In this document: positions 24,660-38,547 of the stretch, piece by piece
Numbering within the stretch: the first letter of the stretch is position 1
Layout: each line of letters begins with the position of its first letter
From: Azolla caroliniana
Lineage: Eukaryota; Plantae; Polypodiophyta
Assembly: GCA_043228905.1 (NCBI GenBank)
Contig: JBHGNT010000001.1
Coordinates: forward strand, 4,960,001 to 5,024,000
Direction of reading: 5' to 3'
DNA: 64,000 bases
Notes under the pieces: model-generated
The model's database searches: none
Seen by the model: only the letters and a program-made list of their open reading frames with translations
Told to the model about the DNA's origin: nothing
Made by a program: the position numbers and the translations under genes

Positions 24660-25500
24660 GAATCAACATGAAAGTATGGGTAGAGTAGGAGGAGGAAATC
24701 CCAAAGAATTAGTAATTTCAAGGTGGCCCAAACCACCAAAACAAACTAGTCTAATGTTGGTATTTCCACAAGCTTGCCACATCAAGGTAGATTGTTGCAA
24801 TCAACATGAAAGTAGGGGTGAGAGTAGAAGTTAAAATTCTTGAAGAATGAGTAGTTTCGAGGTGGTGCAAACCACCAAAACCAACTACTAGAATGTTGGT
24901 ATTTCAATAACCTTGCCACATCAAGGTGGATTGTTGTATTCAACATGAAACTAGGGATGAGAATAGGAAATTTGTATGGAGACCTACACAAACTATAACA
25001 CATATAATATGTAACACTAGATTACCTTCATGAATGAATACTCTTGGCACACATCGTGGTTTTACCGAATGTTTAAAAGTGAAATGTTTGTTCACTTTCA
25101 AAAAGTTGACAATCTTGTGGAGAAAGAGACCACCCTAAAGAGTCAATGTCTTAGGTGAATTTATGCCATTTCTCAAATGAGTTAGAGTATTCCAACAATT
25201 CATGTGGTTATGCAATGATTGATGAAAAGTATGTGCCACATTCATATTAGGTGAAATATGTGAACATGGCTATTTTAATTATGAATCAATCCATGAACAT
25301 TGTGGTACAAGATGTGACTTGCCAAGACAACTTTGTGAAGGAATCCTAACCTCTCACATACACCAAGTTTGTTGGATACATTGCATATTTGTATGTCTCC
25401 ATTGAGGTGTGAACAAAGCTTGATTCTCAATGGACAAAAAGGGCTACTCACTTGAGCAACAAAGTATTACAAGCGTGACAACCCTTCTACCAACAAAGGC
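24660..25500 (+). mobile_element. Very old copia remnant (duplicated gag zinc-knuckle segment and integrase)
   Basis: About 138-bp unit x2.3 encoding decayed ECWY..HIKVDC; downstream AMIDEKYVPHSY, IAYLYVS..TKLD, GYSLEQ resemble copia B integrase. Confidence 0.55.
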
Positions 25501-28500
25501 TTCATTCATGTAAGACATGATATCATGTTTGATGAGATTGCACACGGGTACACTTGAATGAGATCATGTTTGACAAAATTGAATTGAAAATGTGTGAGAG
25601 GTGACAATAGGATTGAAGGAAAAGAAGAAAACATGAAGTGGATTATTATGGTTTTGGACCCACACCCCACGCATAAACACACATACACACACAAGAAAAG
25701 GAAAGGAAAGGATAGATGGACCACATGAAGCTACTTGCATGGGTCATAGCTTAGTGTTGTGGTACCTCATCAGAGCTTTCTGGCCTCCCCTGCCTCAAAC
25801 CAATTGGCTCAATCGACAAGCTACCCAGTTCTTCATTGTTTGGAAGGGGAGGCTATAGCCATTTGTCTTGTCGCCAAGCCTCTCTCTTGAGGCCAGGCCG
25901 TTGCATCTCAAGCCATCATGGGATACATACTAGGTAGGCTAGAGGCCATGGTCACAAAACCAACACCCATGAAATATTTCGAAAAATCTCCAACATGAGC
26001 CAATCCACAAAATCACCTTTGGTGTTAGGTGATAATGGGCTTTTAAACACACACACACACACACACAACATGTTGATAGACCCAAAAAAACGCATGTTAA
26101 AATGTGTCAAAATCAATGTTCTACTCCTCCAAGTCAAAATATATCACTAACAATGAGCGCAAATTTCTGCTTTCTCGGGAAATGTCTTTATCTAGACACC
26201 TCATGAATTAGATCATGAATTAAACATGTCATTCTAGGCATGTGGTATTGGATCAGAGTCACTACTTCATGGTTGCATGCAACCTGCAATGCAAAAACAT
26301 AAAATGTAAATAGGAATGGATTCCCAACACTTAAAACAATTAACATTATGTCATGAGACATCATTACAGAGCATTGGGTACAATACGATGAATTGTAGTC
26401 AAATAATTGTAATGTTTAAATGTAGATATCTTTTTTATATATTGCTCCTCTATAGTAGAAGAACAACCATAAATTTTTTTCTACATTTAAAGCAATGAAT
26501 TAAATTATTTATCACAATAAATAAAAGAGAATTTGAATGATTGATCACTTAGTAAAAGAATTCTAATTACAAAAATGGGCTACATACATACGTAATGGAG
26601 CCATAGAGATCCCCTATTTGGATACAAACTCTAGATATATAGTTACATCAACTACTTATATGTATATAATACAAGTTAACTTGGCAAGTTATAAGGTGTA
26701 TAACATTTTTGGGCAATTGTATTCTTGTTAGTCAAAAGATAATATAAGGGCATTACACATTATGAACGAGAATTTTTTTTCGAATGCCCATAAAACATTC
26801 ATATGTATTCCTTCATTAATGGATAGTAAAGTGTAACATTCCTAGGTTTTTGTCCTACTTATTCCTTTATTCATGGTCATAAGCTATACGAATCGTACAT
26901 GATTGTCGAAATCTATGTAAGCACATTAGAAATAAATTGCTATAAACGAATACATTGGTATTTGGAGGGTATTCTCATTTACTGTTTATGCATTATACAA
27001 AATTGTCTTGTGGCATTGGAGGAATGTGGATCGTCGTTGAAGTCTTAAAGAAGCAAAATTAGATGGAGGATCTCATACAACATGAGCAATGATGTGCAAC
27101 CAAACTTGAGCTTACATAGATCAACCCATTTTTAGGCAATTTATTGCAAGAAATTTTAGAGAAAATATACAAACTTCATGAAGCATGAAAGGATCACATT
27201 GATGTATGATAAACATCATCATATGTTGTTTGTTAACCCCAAAATTGAAGTTTACTTCAATGATATATGTAATAATTTGCAGAGTTGGACGTTTAGACAA
27301 TTATTCATTCTTCTAATCATCACATAGAGAGGACAAGGAGGATTGATTTTCGAAAGTTCACCAAGATGATTCCTATGGGTGTGCCAAGACGTTATCAAGT
27401 GGATTAACAAGATTCATAATTGTCAGAATATCAAAACCCTTAGCGTAGGAAGTTGGGATTCAGGTAGTTGTGAGGTAGAAAAAACAGAAGGATGTGTTTG
27501 ATGACATTCGTGTATTCCTTGTAAAATCATGTCCTCAAATTAATGTAAAAACAAAAGGATGTGTTTGATGACATTTGTGTATTCCTTTTTTTTTCCCAAA
27601 AACATTCTACTTCCATTAGTTAAGAAAAAGTACATAGAATAATATACAACTCATATGTTACAAGCTACTTTGCAATGGCTACAAGAAAACATCCTGTATA
27701 AATGAAGCAACAAAGCCTCGTCACATAATTACTGGACAGACTCCCATCAACATAGAGGTAGGTGCTAAATTGTGAAGTGATTGGAGGGTGTCTTTGTTGA
27801 ATGTGGGTTGTGTGAGGCCCATCAAATTAATCTAAAAAGAAATGGACATGTTTGATGACCAAGAGATTTTTTTATAACATTTTTCCTAGTTTTATTTAAT
27901 CAAAAGTCTTTTCATTTAACAAGAAGCTGGACATGATGTTTGATGATAAAAGAGTTTTTTTTGCTAGCTATATAGCCTTTAAGTTAAACTATGCACCATT
28001 GGAAATTTGTGCAATCAAATTATGAAAGCTTGATTGGTGCAAACATGATATTTCTCATGAAGAGTGTGCAACATTTCTAGTTGACATGGACCAATATGAT
28101 AAAGCATGAAAACGCCTAGTGAGTTCAAATCCACGCTTGGCAAGCTTCAAAGCGTGAGAATAGGGGTTGGGCCTCTTTTCAAGAATATCTCGCATGTTTA
28201 AATTTGTATACATCTTTAACAATGAATTGTCATTAACATGTGAAACTTTGTTGTTGTTGCTATGGTCCTTGGTAGGCCTGAGGTTGACAATTTTACCATA
28301 CAATGCTAATGAGCATCACTAAATATTTTTAATCTTTAATGGATTGGAGACTTTTTAAAGGTTGTGAAACTTCATTGTGGCTTGTTTCTTTTCCAAGCAA
28401 TGAAACCCAAAACCCTTTTATAATGCAATAGGACAAACAAACATAACATGGTTGATGTTTCCAATGAAACAATAAGCTACAATATATATCTCTAACTTGG

Positions 28501-28519
28501 CTGAAATGCTTGTAAAAAC

Positions 28520-29650
28520 TTCTTTAGAATGGAGATGTTCTCTTGTGGAATGCATCTATTACAAGATATCTTGTGCATGGCCCAGCTGAGATTTTTTGTG
28601 GTTTACTTGGTGAGGCACAAGAAACATTTTCAGAGCTTCGATTTAGAGATATAGGGATGTGGAATACAATGATTTTGGCCTTGGGAGGTTTTTATTATTT
28701 CAGGAGCTAGTTTTGAAGCATTGAAATGTTTTCAACGGATGTAAAGTGAAGGACTTTCTCCTATTGTGATATTGTTTCATTTGCATTTTAAAGGCTCTCA
28801 TATTCTCCACAGAGGTTTTCTAGCAAAGATTACCCATCATGGAAGTAGTTTCATTTAGATGTATGCAAAATGTGGTGACCTAGTAAAAGTTGAACAAGTA
28901 TTTACTGAACTACCCACGAAGATTATTGCAGCTGGGAATGCTCACATCACAGGATGTATTCAATGTGGCCAACCTTATGATGATATAAAATGGATTATTT
29001 TAGTCCACCTTATGTGTCTCTACTCAAATAAGTTTTTGGACCATGTTCCACCTCGATTTGTAGTCTCTTGGAATGCATTGTTCGTCGGCCTAGCTTAGAA
29101 CTGGCTATACTGAAATTCACAATGTGATAAGGTCTTTGTTTATGTCATGTTCATGATCAGATTGTTAGAAGGGGATTTGTGAGAAGGATGTTATGTTGGG
29201 CAAGACGTTGGTAGATAAGTATGTGAACTGTGGTATGCTTGAAAAAGCACAAAAAGTGCATGGTGAGCTTCTTGTTAGGACTCTATACTCTTTGAATCAC
29301 TCATTACTGGGTATGCTCAACACAAAAAGAAGATGCAAAGTGAGGGTCTCTCACCAGATAGGATCACATATATTTGCATCCTCAAGGATTTTGGAATCAC
29401 TGGATTTAGTGTAAAAGGAGAAAATATTCATGATGAGAGTACAAATAAAGGTCTCTTCATGGAGGAAGATCTCGTGCTTAACAATGCTTTGGTGAATGCA
29501 AAAGAAGGATTGGAAAAAGATCCTTTTGTTGCTATTTGCGGTGGAGATATGGTACAATGGTCTTCCATGTTATTGGGCTATATTGAGCATGATAAGAATG
29601 AGGATGCTATACAACTCTATCCTCGAATGCTTGTGCAAGGTCTCTAACTA
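28520..29650 (+). pseudogene. Heavily decayed PLS-class PPR pseudogene
   Basis: Fragments MYAKCGDLVKVEQVFTELP, VVSWNALF, LVDKYVNCGMLEKAQKV, MQSEGLSPDRITYICILK in shifting frames with stops. Confidence 0.82.
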
Positions 29651-29849
29651 CTATGGTGACATCTTTTAGTATGTTGAAAGTAGGTGGCAACATGGGAGAA
29701 TTGCTAGACATATTGAAATGTAATTAGATGTTGACATGGATCCATAGAACGTAATATACGTGTTCGTGCAAGCATTCAAACGTTTGAAAACGAACATGTT
29801 TGAAAAGGCAAAAATGTGTGCTCCTTTTTCTATTATCATTACAAATTGC

Positions 29850-30180
29850 CTCACCCTAGAGGCATGTTGTCATGCTATTGTTGTTTATGTCTTGGGTTCG
29901 AAGACCAATTTTCTCATCTCTCTCGTTAGTGTTTGTCATAACAAAATTTTATGTTAGTGTCATCTTTGTTTTTTTGTTTTTTTGCTTCCTTATTATTAGA
30001 AATTAACTCAACCTAATGGTTAATTGTCATGCTATTATTGCCTATGTCTTGGGTTCAATGCTTAAATTTATCATATCCTCTCTTTAGTGTCATGTCATGG
30101 CCAAAACTTTAAGTTAGTGTCATGTTCCTTTTTTTTTCTTTGTTATTAGAAATTAGCTCACCCTAGTGGTAAGTTGTTAT
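29850..30180. repeat. Degenerate tandem repeat, about 155 bp x2
   Basis: CTCA(C/A)CCTA..TTGTCATGCTATT..TATGTCTTGGGTTC..GTTAGTGTCAT..TTATTAGAAATTA recurs. Confidence 0.7.
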
Positions 30181-30334
30181 ACTACTACTACATATGTCAT
30201 GTTTCCTTCATATTCTTGAATATACGTTTTATGAGTTTTTGAACATTTGATTATAATTTATAATGACATATTTTGATTCAATCTCTATAGTTCATACTCA
30301 TTTTTTTGTAAAGTTCTAAAGTGAGGAGGTTAGA

Positions 30335-30454
30335 GATGTCTTGATTCTTAAGAAGCATCCCAAAGCCATGCATGTGACACAATGCAAATATTGCAATCAT
30401 ACTTATGTTGGTGGTTCACAATGGATTAGAGTCCACTTATTGGGATTGAGAGTG
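30335..30454 (+). mobile_element. BED zinc-finger remnant, probably from a hAT transposase
   Basis: Manual translation DVLILKKHPKAMHVTQCKYCNHTYVGGSQWIRVHLLGLRV. Confidence 0.6.
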
Positions 30455-30694
30455 ACTCAATATATAATATAGACCATAGTCAATCCAATCCAACTTTGAG
30501 ATGATTTACCATACACGTTTGCTTGAATCATTCTCAAATGCAAATGCACGTATGTTACATATGGTTCGTTCTATGCAAGCTCTATAAGTTAAATGAAGGA
30601 TCCATGGCTAGCCATTGGGATAGTCGTTTCTTTTCCATCTATTTTGTAGTTTATGCCTGATATGTATTTTGAAAACTAATGGACGGATAAATTG

Positions 30695-31280
30695 TTTTGG
30701 GAAAAAGAAACTTCTTTAGAAATTTTTTTTATCAACAACTCTAAAACATTTCTTCATGAACATGAAATTCCATCAAAATATGTTGGCGTGCATAAGATGA
30801 CACAAAGTTCAAAAGCTATAGGAAATGAATAGAGTGGAATAGGAAAGGCCTTCAAGAGTGATGTAGATTCTCACAAAATTCAAGACATCCCATTCCATTG
30901 TGATTGGAGTGAGGCCCCCACCTTGAAAAGGGTGTGTCACCACCCCAAGACATGCATGACACAGAGAAATATTTTCAAAGGTTCGATTTAGAGATACAGG
31001 GATGTGGAATACAATGATTTTGGGGAAAAAAAAAACTTCTTTAGAATATCTTTTTATCAACAACTCTAAAACATTTATTCATGAACATGAAATTCCATCA
31101 AAATATGTCGGCGTGCATAAGATGACATGAAGTTCAAAAGGTATAGGAAATGAATAGAGTGGGATAGGGAAGGCCTTCAAGAGTGATGTAGATTCTTGCA
31201 AAATTCAAGACATCCCATTCCATTGGAGTGATGCCCCCACCTTGTAAGGGGTGTGTCACCATCCCAAGACATCATGACAC
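30695..31280. repeat. About 265-bp direct duplication with PPR-derived filler
   Basis: Copies about 30695-30962 and 31018-31280; spacer matches 28616-28678. Confidence 0.85.
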
Positions 31281-33463
31281 TTGATATATACCAATACATA
31301 CATGCTTATACACATATACATATACATTAGGATTACAAATAGAATTGCTCTTTAGTTAACAAGCATGATAATGTATAGGCTCTTTCCTTTGAGTTTGAGT
31401 TTCCTTTTAAATCGATTGGAGGAGAACATTACAACCATATAATCTTCTTCCATGTCTATTTCTTTGACTTTATCGTGATGAGAGACCCACCACATGACTT
31501 TTCACAACTTAAAAAATATTTATCGGAAAATTGGCCCATTATCGTGTATTTCTTCCATGTCTATTTCATTGACTTTATTGTGATGACTTAAAGTTAAAAA
31601 ACTAATGACAACCTACACAAAATTTCCATTTTCAAATCTGAAATGATTTATTAACCAAAATTGATGTTGCTCAAAAAACACTTAGTGAAACAAGTATTCA
31701 TTTTCAATTGATAGTTAACTTGCTCTTACAATTGTTAGGCAATTGCTTTATCCTCTAATGACAATTCGATCTCTATCATTCTTTTCCAAATCTCATTCCT
31801 TATTTTGGTGCATGGCTTTCTTGAAGCTCACAAACAAAAATCTAGGTTTTTCCCTTGAAGTCGACTTTCTTCCATAATAACTCTTAGTGTAAGAAATGAT
31901 CGACGGTTGAATATTGTGATCTAAAGACTACTTGACCAAGTACTTGTTTGTGATTATGTTCAACTCATGAGCTAATCTTTTGTTCCAGAGAGAGAGAGAG
32001 AGAGAGAGCTTAATTACAAAGGTGGCTTGAAGACTCAAAATTTACGAAGGAATAACTAAAATGTGAAACAAATAGCTTTATATAGCTCCTTCGCAGAGTG
32101 ATTGTCCCCCTTCACATCAGAGCGACTATTAGGTTTAAAGGTCTATAACTAATTTTGCAATGTTACCCTTTCTTTTTTCTTGCATTTAGATTTTAATAAA
32201 GAAGTCGATGTTAATGTCCTCAAGAGGTTTTCTATGTTAGCCAAGTACTTAACAATCAACGTGTTGTTTAGTGACAATCTTAAGATAGATCGCATACAAT
32301 CCTGGTGAGGTATATCAAAGGAATCAAATTGCAAAGGAATCGAGGTCGTCATTCATGACATAATGAAGGGTTGGCAATGAGGTGGGTGACGGGGTGTTGA
32401 GCGAGAAAGCTCAATCGGATCCGGAAACAACCGGCCGGATCGGGGAGCCGGATCGGAGAGCCTGATTCGAGCGGGAATCGGAAGCCTAGTAGTAGCCTAG
32501 ACTACAGGGTAAATCATTGGCTCGTAGTTAGTGTTAGTTGCTCGTGTGAGCATTGAAGTACCTGTCAGTACTTCTGTCAGTCCTTTATAGACTTGTATAA
32601 ATAGTGCTGTTTAGCACATTGTATGTACAGAGAGTTTTAGAGTTAATTTTTGAAGATAGTTTTATGTTCTGCTCTCTCTGTCTCCTCTGTGTTTTTAAGC
32701 TTTTCCATTAAACCTTCATCTCATTTTCTGTTGCTATCTGGCTGAGCCGGTTCTGTCTAACGCTTCCGCACATTAACATTCACATGGTATAAGAGCGCAA
32801 GGGTTGAGAACCTTTGCAGCTGACATTTGCTTCCGTAGACGAACCCTAGAACCCAATAACAACAAATAGAGAAAAGATATGGACAAAGGAATGGCGAGTT
32901 CACTTCCAACAGAGAAGCTCGATCGGAGCAACTATGCATCCTAGTCATATTAAATGCACCAGTACCTACTGGGGCATGGATATTGGAGCTTTGTCGAAGG
33001 AACAAATGAAGTAGCATCGGAGTCGTCACACAAAGACTTCTCGGTATGGGAGCAAGGAGCGAGTCGGGTACTGTATTGTCTCGCGTCCGGTGTGCATGAT
33101 CAAATGATCAGCTACATCAAGGATGCAAAGACGCCGAAGGAGGCCTGGGAAAATCTACGGAAGATTTTCGCTGCAAGTACCACAACTCGTAAGTTGCAGC
33201 TCAGGCAAGAGCTGAACAACATTCGGCAAAGAGACATGTCGGTTACGGACTACACCACCAAGATAAAGGAGATTTGTGACACACTCGAGTCCATCAACGT
33301 GACGGTGGACAAAGACGAGATGGTACAAATCTACCTCGGTGGTCTAGTGCAAAGGTATGTGCCAATTGGGACAACGATCTGCACCCGAGAGAAACCACCA
33401 TCCTTCTTCGACTTGCAATCGATGCTGATGGTCGAAGAAAACCACGCAAGTGGGTCAAGGACC

Positions 33464-33728
33464 TGTTGAAAAAACCAGCTCTCGGCCACAACCGAGGAAT
33501 AGAATCAACTCCAGAAAACAGGAAAATACAAAGTTCACGAAGACTATAGAGAGAAGAGTACACAGAGTGTTTTACGTGGAAAACCCTAAATGGGAAAAAC
33601 CACGGGAGTCCTCTAACTCCAACTATCACTATACACTGGAATATACAGTGGCGAGCTGCAAGGCGACGACCTTGAGCTCGCTGTCCTCGCCACAGACGGC
33701 GGTAATACACAGAGGCGTCGACCTCTTC

Positions 33729-33765
<37 letters not shown>

Positions 33766-36700
33766 CTGCTCTCACTTCTCATGAAAAATGAACAACAACA
33801 AAAACTGTTTGCCCTAAGTCATATTTATACATATATGACCTTCGGGCTATTTACAAATATAGCCTCAATGGCTCTTAGCAAACATATTCACAAATATGTC
33901 CCCGCATCCGAATCTCTCTCCGGGTACATTCGTCATCCGGCTCCGTAACCGGGGTCTTCAGCATCCAGATCCGTAACCGGGGTCTTCAGCATCCGGATCC
34001 GTAACCGGGTACTCGTCATCCGGCTTCATGCCGGGTACTCTTCATCATCCGGTTCCGTAACCGCAACCGGGCTTGCCGTCATTCATCTCCGGACATCCCA
34101 TCCGGAGGGACCGTAATCCCAACAAACTCCCCCTTCACTTCGGCATGGGATGTCTCTCCAATCCGATCCTCTTCCGGCATGCTTCCAGCTTGTTGGGTGT
34201 GAGCACCTTGGTCAGCATATCCGACCCGTTCTCGTCCGTGTGGACCTTCGTCAGCACGAACTCCTTGTCTTCTATCCTTTCCCGGATCCAGTGATATCTT
34301 CGCTGGATGTGCTTCGTCCGGGAGTGATAGGCCGCGTTCTTTGCAAGATGGATGGCACTCTGACTGTCGCAGTAGAGTCGGTACTCCTCCTGCTGGATAC
34401 CGAGCTCTCTAATGAAGTCCTTCATCCATATTATTTCCTTGCCGGCTTCAACAGCTGCCATGTACTCCGCCTCCGTGGTTGACAACGCAACCGTCTTCTG
34501 CAGCCTCGACTGCCACGAAACGGCTCCCCCTGCATGGGTCATCACATACCCTGATGTGGACCGGCTGGTATCTGCATCAGCCGACATATCCGAATCGGTG
34601 AAGCCGTTGAGTTCGGGTTTACCGGAGCCGAATCGGAGGCACACGTTTGCCGTGCCCTTCAGGTATCGGAGTATCCACTTGACCGCGTTCCAGTGCTCCT
34701 TGCCGGGATTGCTCATGTACCGGCTCACCACCCCGACTGCATATCCTATGTCCGGTCTCGTACACACCATGGCGTACATCAAGCTCCCGACGGCTGAGGC
34801 ATACGGCACTTTCATCATATCCTCCTTTTCAGCCTTTGTCTTGGGACTTTGCTTGTTGGACAGCTTGCAGTTTGCCGGGAGGGTTGACTCGACCGGTCTT
34901 GCTTCCGACATGTTGAACCGGTGAAGCACCTTTGTCACGTACTTCTCCTGTGACAGCCACAACTGCTTCTTCTTCCGGTCCCGGATGATGTGCATCCCTA
35001 GTATTTGCCTCGCCGGACCCAGGTCCTTCATTGAGAAGGTTCGGTGAAGCGCTTTCTTCAGCGTCCGTATCTTGACCTGGTCCCGTCCGACGATCAACAT
35101 GTCGTCCACGTACAGGAGGAGTATTAGAGAGTCTCCTCCTTCGAACTTCTTCACAAACACGCAGTGATCGGACTGTGTTTTGTGGTACCCTTCATCGGTC
35201 ATGAAGGAGTCGAACTTCCGGTACCATTGCCGGGGAGCCTGCTTCAGTCCGTAAAGGCTCTTCTTCAACCGGCATACCAGGTGCTCCTTCCCTTTCTTCT
35301 CGAATCCTTCCGGTTGCTGCATGTAGATCTCTTCTTCGAGGTCACCGTGAAGGAATGCCGTCTTCACGTCCATCTGTTCTACCTCGAGGTCCATGCTTGC
35401 CGCTATGCTCAGCACCGTCCGGATGGAGGTCATCTTCACTACCGGGGCAAATATCTCGTCGAAGTCGACACCCTTCTTCTGCTGGAACCCCTTCACCACG
35501 ATCCTGGCTTTGTATCTCGGGGGGTTTTCGGCATCTCCCGGTTTCAGCTTGAACACCCACTTGTTACGGAGTGCCTGTTTTCCTTTCGGCAACTCCACAA
35601 GTTCATATGTGTGGTTCTCATGCAGGGAATCCATCTCCTCCTGCATGGCACTTAACCACCTGCGGCTATGGGTGTCATGCTTTGCTTCTTCAAAGCTCTC
35701 CGGCTCCCCCTCGTCGGTTAGCAACACGTGCTCTGGTTCCGGAAATCTCCGGGGGGCCCTTCTCTCTCTTAGAGGGTATCTCCGTTCCGGAGCTTCGGTA
35801 ACCGGTTCTTCCGATTCTTCTTCATCCGAATTCATTTCGGGATCGGGGCCGGTTCCGGTATCATTTTCATCTTCTTCGGCCGGTTCTGTTTCTTCACCGT
35901 CTTCGGCCGGATCCTCGAGTGCTAATCGGTCCCTTGCCGGTCGGGACTGCTCCTCGTAGAGTTGATCCTCACCAGTCGACTTGGAGCTCTTCATCTTCTT
36001 CTCCGACTCCCAGTCGGTGAGTGTCTTGTCCTCCATGAAGATGATATCTCGACTCCTGAATATCTTCTTGTCGACCGGGTCCCATACTCGGTAGCCGAAC
36101 TCGTCGTCACCGTAACCGAGGAATATGCATGGCCGGGTCTTTGGATCTAACTTTCCTCTCCGGTCCTTTGCCACATGCACGTATGCGAGACACCCGAACA
36201 CCTTCAGATGCCGGTAGGACACTTCCTTACCGGTCCACACTTTCTGCGGCGTGTCTCCGTCCAAAGGTACTGAGGGTGATCTGTTTATCATGTATGTCGC
36301 CGTCGACATTGCCTCAGCCCAAAACCCCTTGGGTAGTTTCGCATGCGCCAGCATACTCCGGACCCTCTCCATTATGGTCCGGTTCATCCTCTCGGCCAGC
36401 CCGTTCAGTTCCGGCGTCTTCGGCACAGTAAACTCGAGCCGGATTCCCTTCGAGCGACAGTACTCCTGGAACTGCCCCCGGTATTCCCCTCCGTTATCCG
36501 CTCGTATCGCCTTCAGCTTCTTGCCGGATTCCCTTTCCACTCTCGCGTGAAGTTCTTTGAAGACGCACAACACTTGGTCCTTTGTCTTCAACGGTGCCGT
36601 CCACAGCTTCCGGCTGTGGTCATCAATGAATGTCACGAAGTACTGGGCTCCGCCATGTGACTTCGTTTCTACCTGACACACATCAGTGTGCACCAGCTCC

Positions 36701-38504
36701 AATGGTGCGCTACGTCTCGTCGGTGGCCTTGAGTGGAAGGAGGTTCGGTTCTGCTTACCGGCCAGACAATCGGTGCACTTCTCCAGATGCACATGCTTCA
36801 CTGGAATGAGGTTGTCTTCTGCAAGCCTCTTCATCCCCTTCTCGCTCATGTGGCACAGTCTCTTGTGCCACAGCTCACCGGCAGTGTCGGCTGCCACGTT
36901 CAGCTCCTCCGAACATAGCCGGGAATTCATCAGGTACAGGGTGTTGACCTTCCGGGCCCGAGCCACTATCAAGCTCCCCTTGCTGAACTTCATGACACCG
37001 TTCCGGATGCTACCCGTGTAGCCTTCATCATCTAGCCTCCCGGCCGAAATCAGGTTCAGTCGAACCTCCGGAACGTGTCGAACATTCTTCAGCAGCATCT
37101 TGCATCCGGTTGATGTCATCAGCCACACGTCTCCTATGCCGGCAATCCGGCATGTACCTTCATTTCCCATCCGGACAAAACCGTGCTCACCGGCTGTGTA
37201 GGATGAGAAGTATTTCTTCTCCGGGGTCAGGTGGAACGACGCTCCGGAATCGACCACCCAGGTCATCTCTTCACCGGCAAGGTTCAGCTCCCTCTCTTCG
37301 GTAATGAGCATTATCTCTTCTTCACTTGCCGCGAGTGCCGTCGTTCCTTTCCGGTCCTGCCCTCGCCGATCCGAACCTCTCCGGTCCGTGGCTCCCCGGT
37401 ATGCACCGTTTCTCTCCGGTGACTTCTTCAAATCGGTGTCGTCGGCTCCGTTTTCCTTTCGGTAATGCCGACAATTCTTCCGGAAGTGCCCCGGCTTCCC
37501 ACAGTGGAAACATGTTGGCCTTCCTCTTGACTGTGACCGGGTCCCCGACTTCTCCCGTCTTTGCGGACTCCGGTTCCATTGTCTTCCCCGTTCCGATTCG
37601 GTAAGCAGCGCCTTCGAGTCGGAGACCGGTTCTTTATCTCTCCGACGCGCTTCTTCGTTCAAAATACTTGTCTTTACCGTTTGTAGGGACAAGTTATCTT
37701 CGGCGCAGGAGGTGCTGAGAGTCACCACCAAGTTCTCCCAGCTGTCTGGCAAAGTACACATCAGGATGATGGCTTGCATTGCATCCTCCAACGGGAACTT
37801 GATCGCCGCAAGCTGGTTCACGAATCCCATGAACGTGCTCACGTGTTCCACCATACTCTCGCCGTCCCGGTACTTGAGATTCACAATCTTCCTCATCAGG
37901 GAGGTCCGGTTCAGCGCATTCTTCCTCTCGTAGAGGCCCGACAGCTTCTTCCACATCTCATATGCGTTGGTGTCGCTCGCCACATGTTGTAGGACGCTTA
38001 CATCGACATATTGTCGGATCGTCGCTACGGCTTTCCGGTTCAGGAGCTTCCACTCCGACTCAAGTACCCCCTTCGGTATTTCCGACCTGTCAATCGGTTC
38101 GTACAGGTCCCGAACAATCAGAAGGTCTTCCATCTTGATCTTCCAGTCGGCGTAGTTCTGCGCATTCAGCACCATCATGCCCGGAGGCCCACTACCGCCG
38201 CCTTCCATTTTCTGTGTTACCGTCGCTCTGATACCACTTTGTTGAAAAAACCAGCTCTCGGCCACAACCGAGGAATAGAATCAACTCCAGAAAACAGGAA
38301 AATACAAAGTTCACGAAGACTATAGAGAGAAGAGTACACAGAGTGTTTTACGTGGAAAACCCTAAATGGGAAAAACCACGGGAGTCCTCTAACTCCAACT
38401 ATCACTATACACTGGAATATACAGTGGCGAGCTGCAAGGCGACGACCTTGAGCTCGCTGTCCTCGCCACAGACGGCGGTAATACACAGAGGCGTCGACCT
38501 CTTC

Positions 38505-38547
<43 letters not shown>

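Noticed and set aside
26500-27500. Possible decayed transposase-like AT-rich sequence
   Set aside because: No motif I could identify with confidence
38209-38265. N-terminal 19 aa of the listed 1376-aa ORF
   Set aside because: Starts at a non-ATG codon in the LTR and crosses the PBS; ATG 38208 preferred
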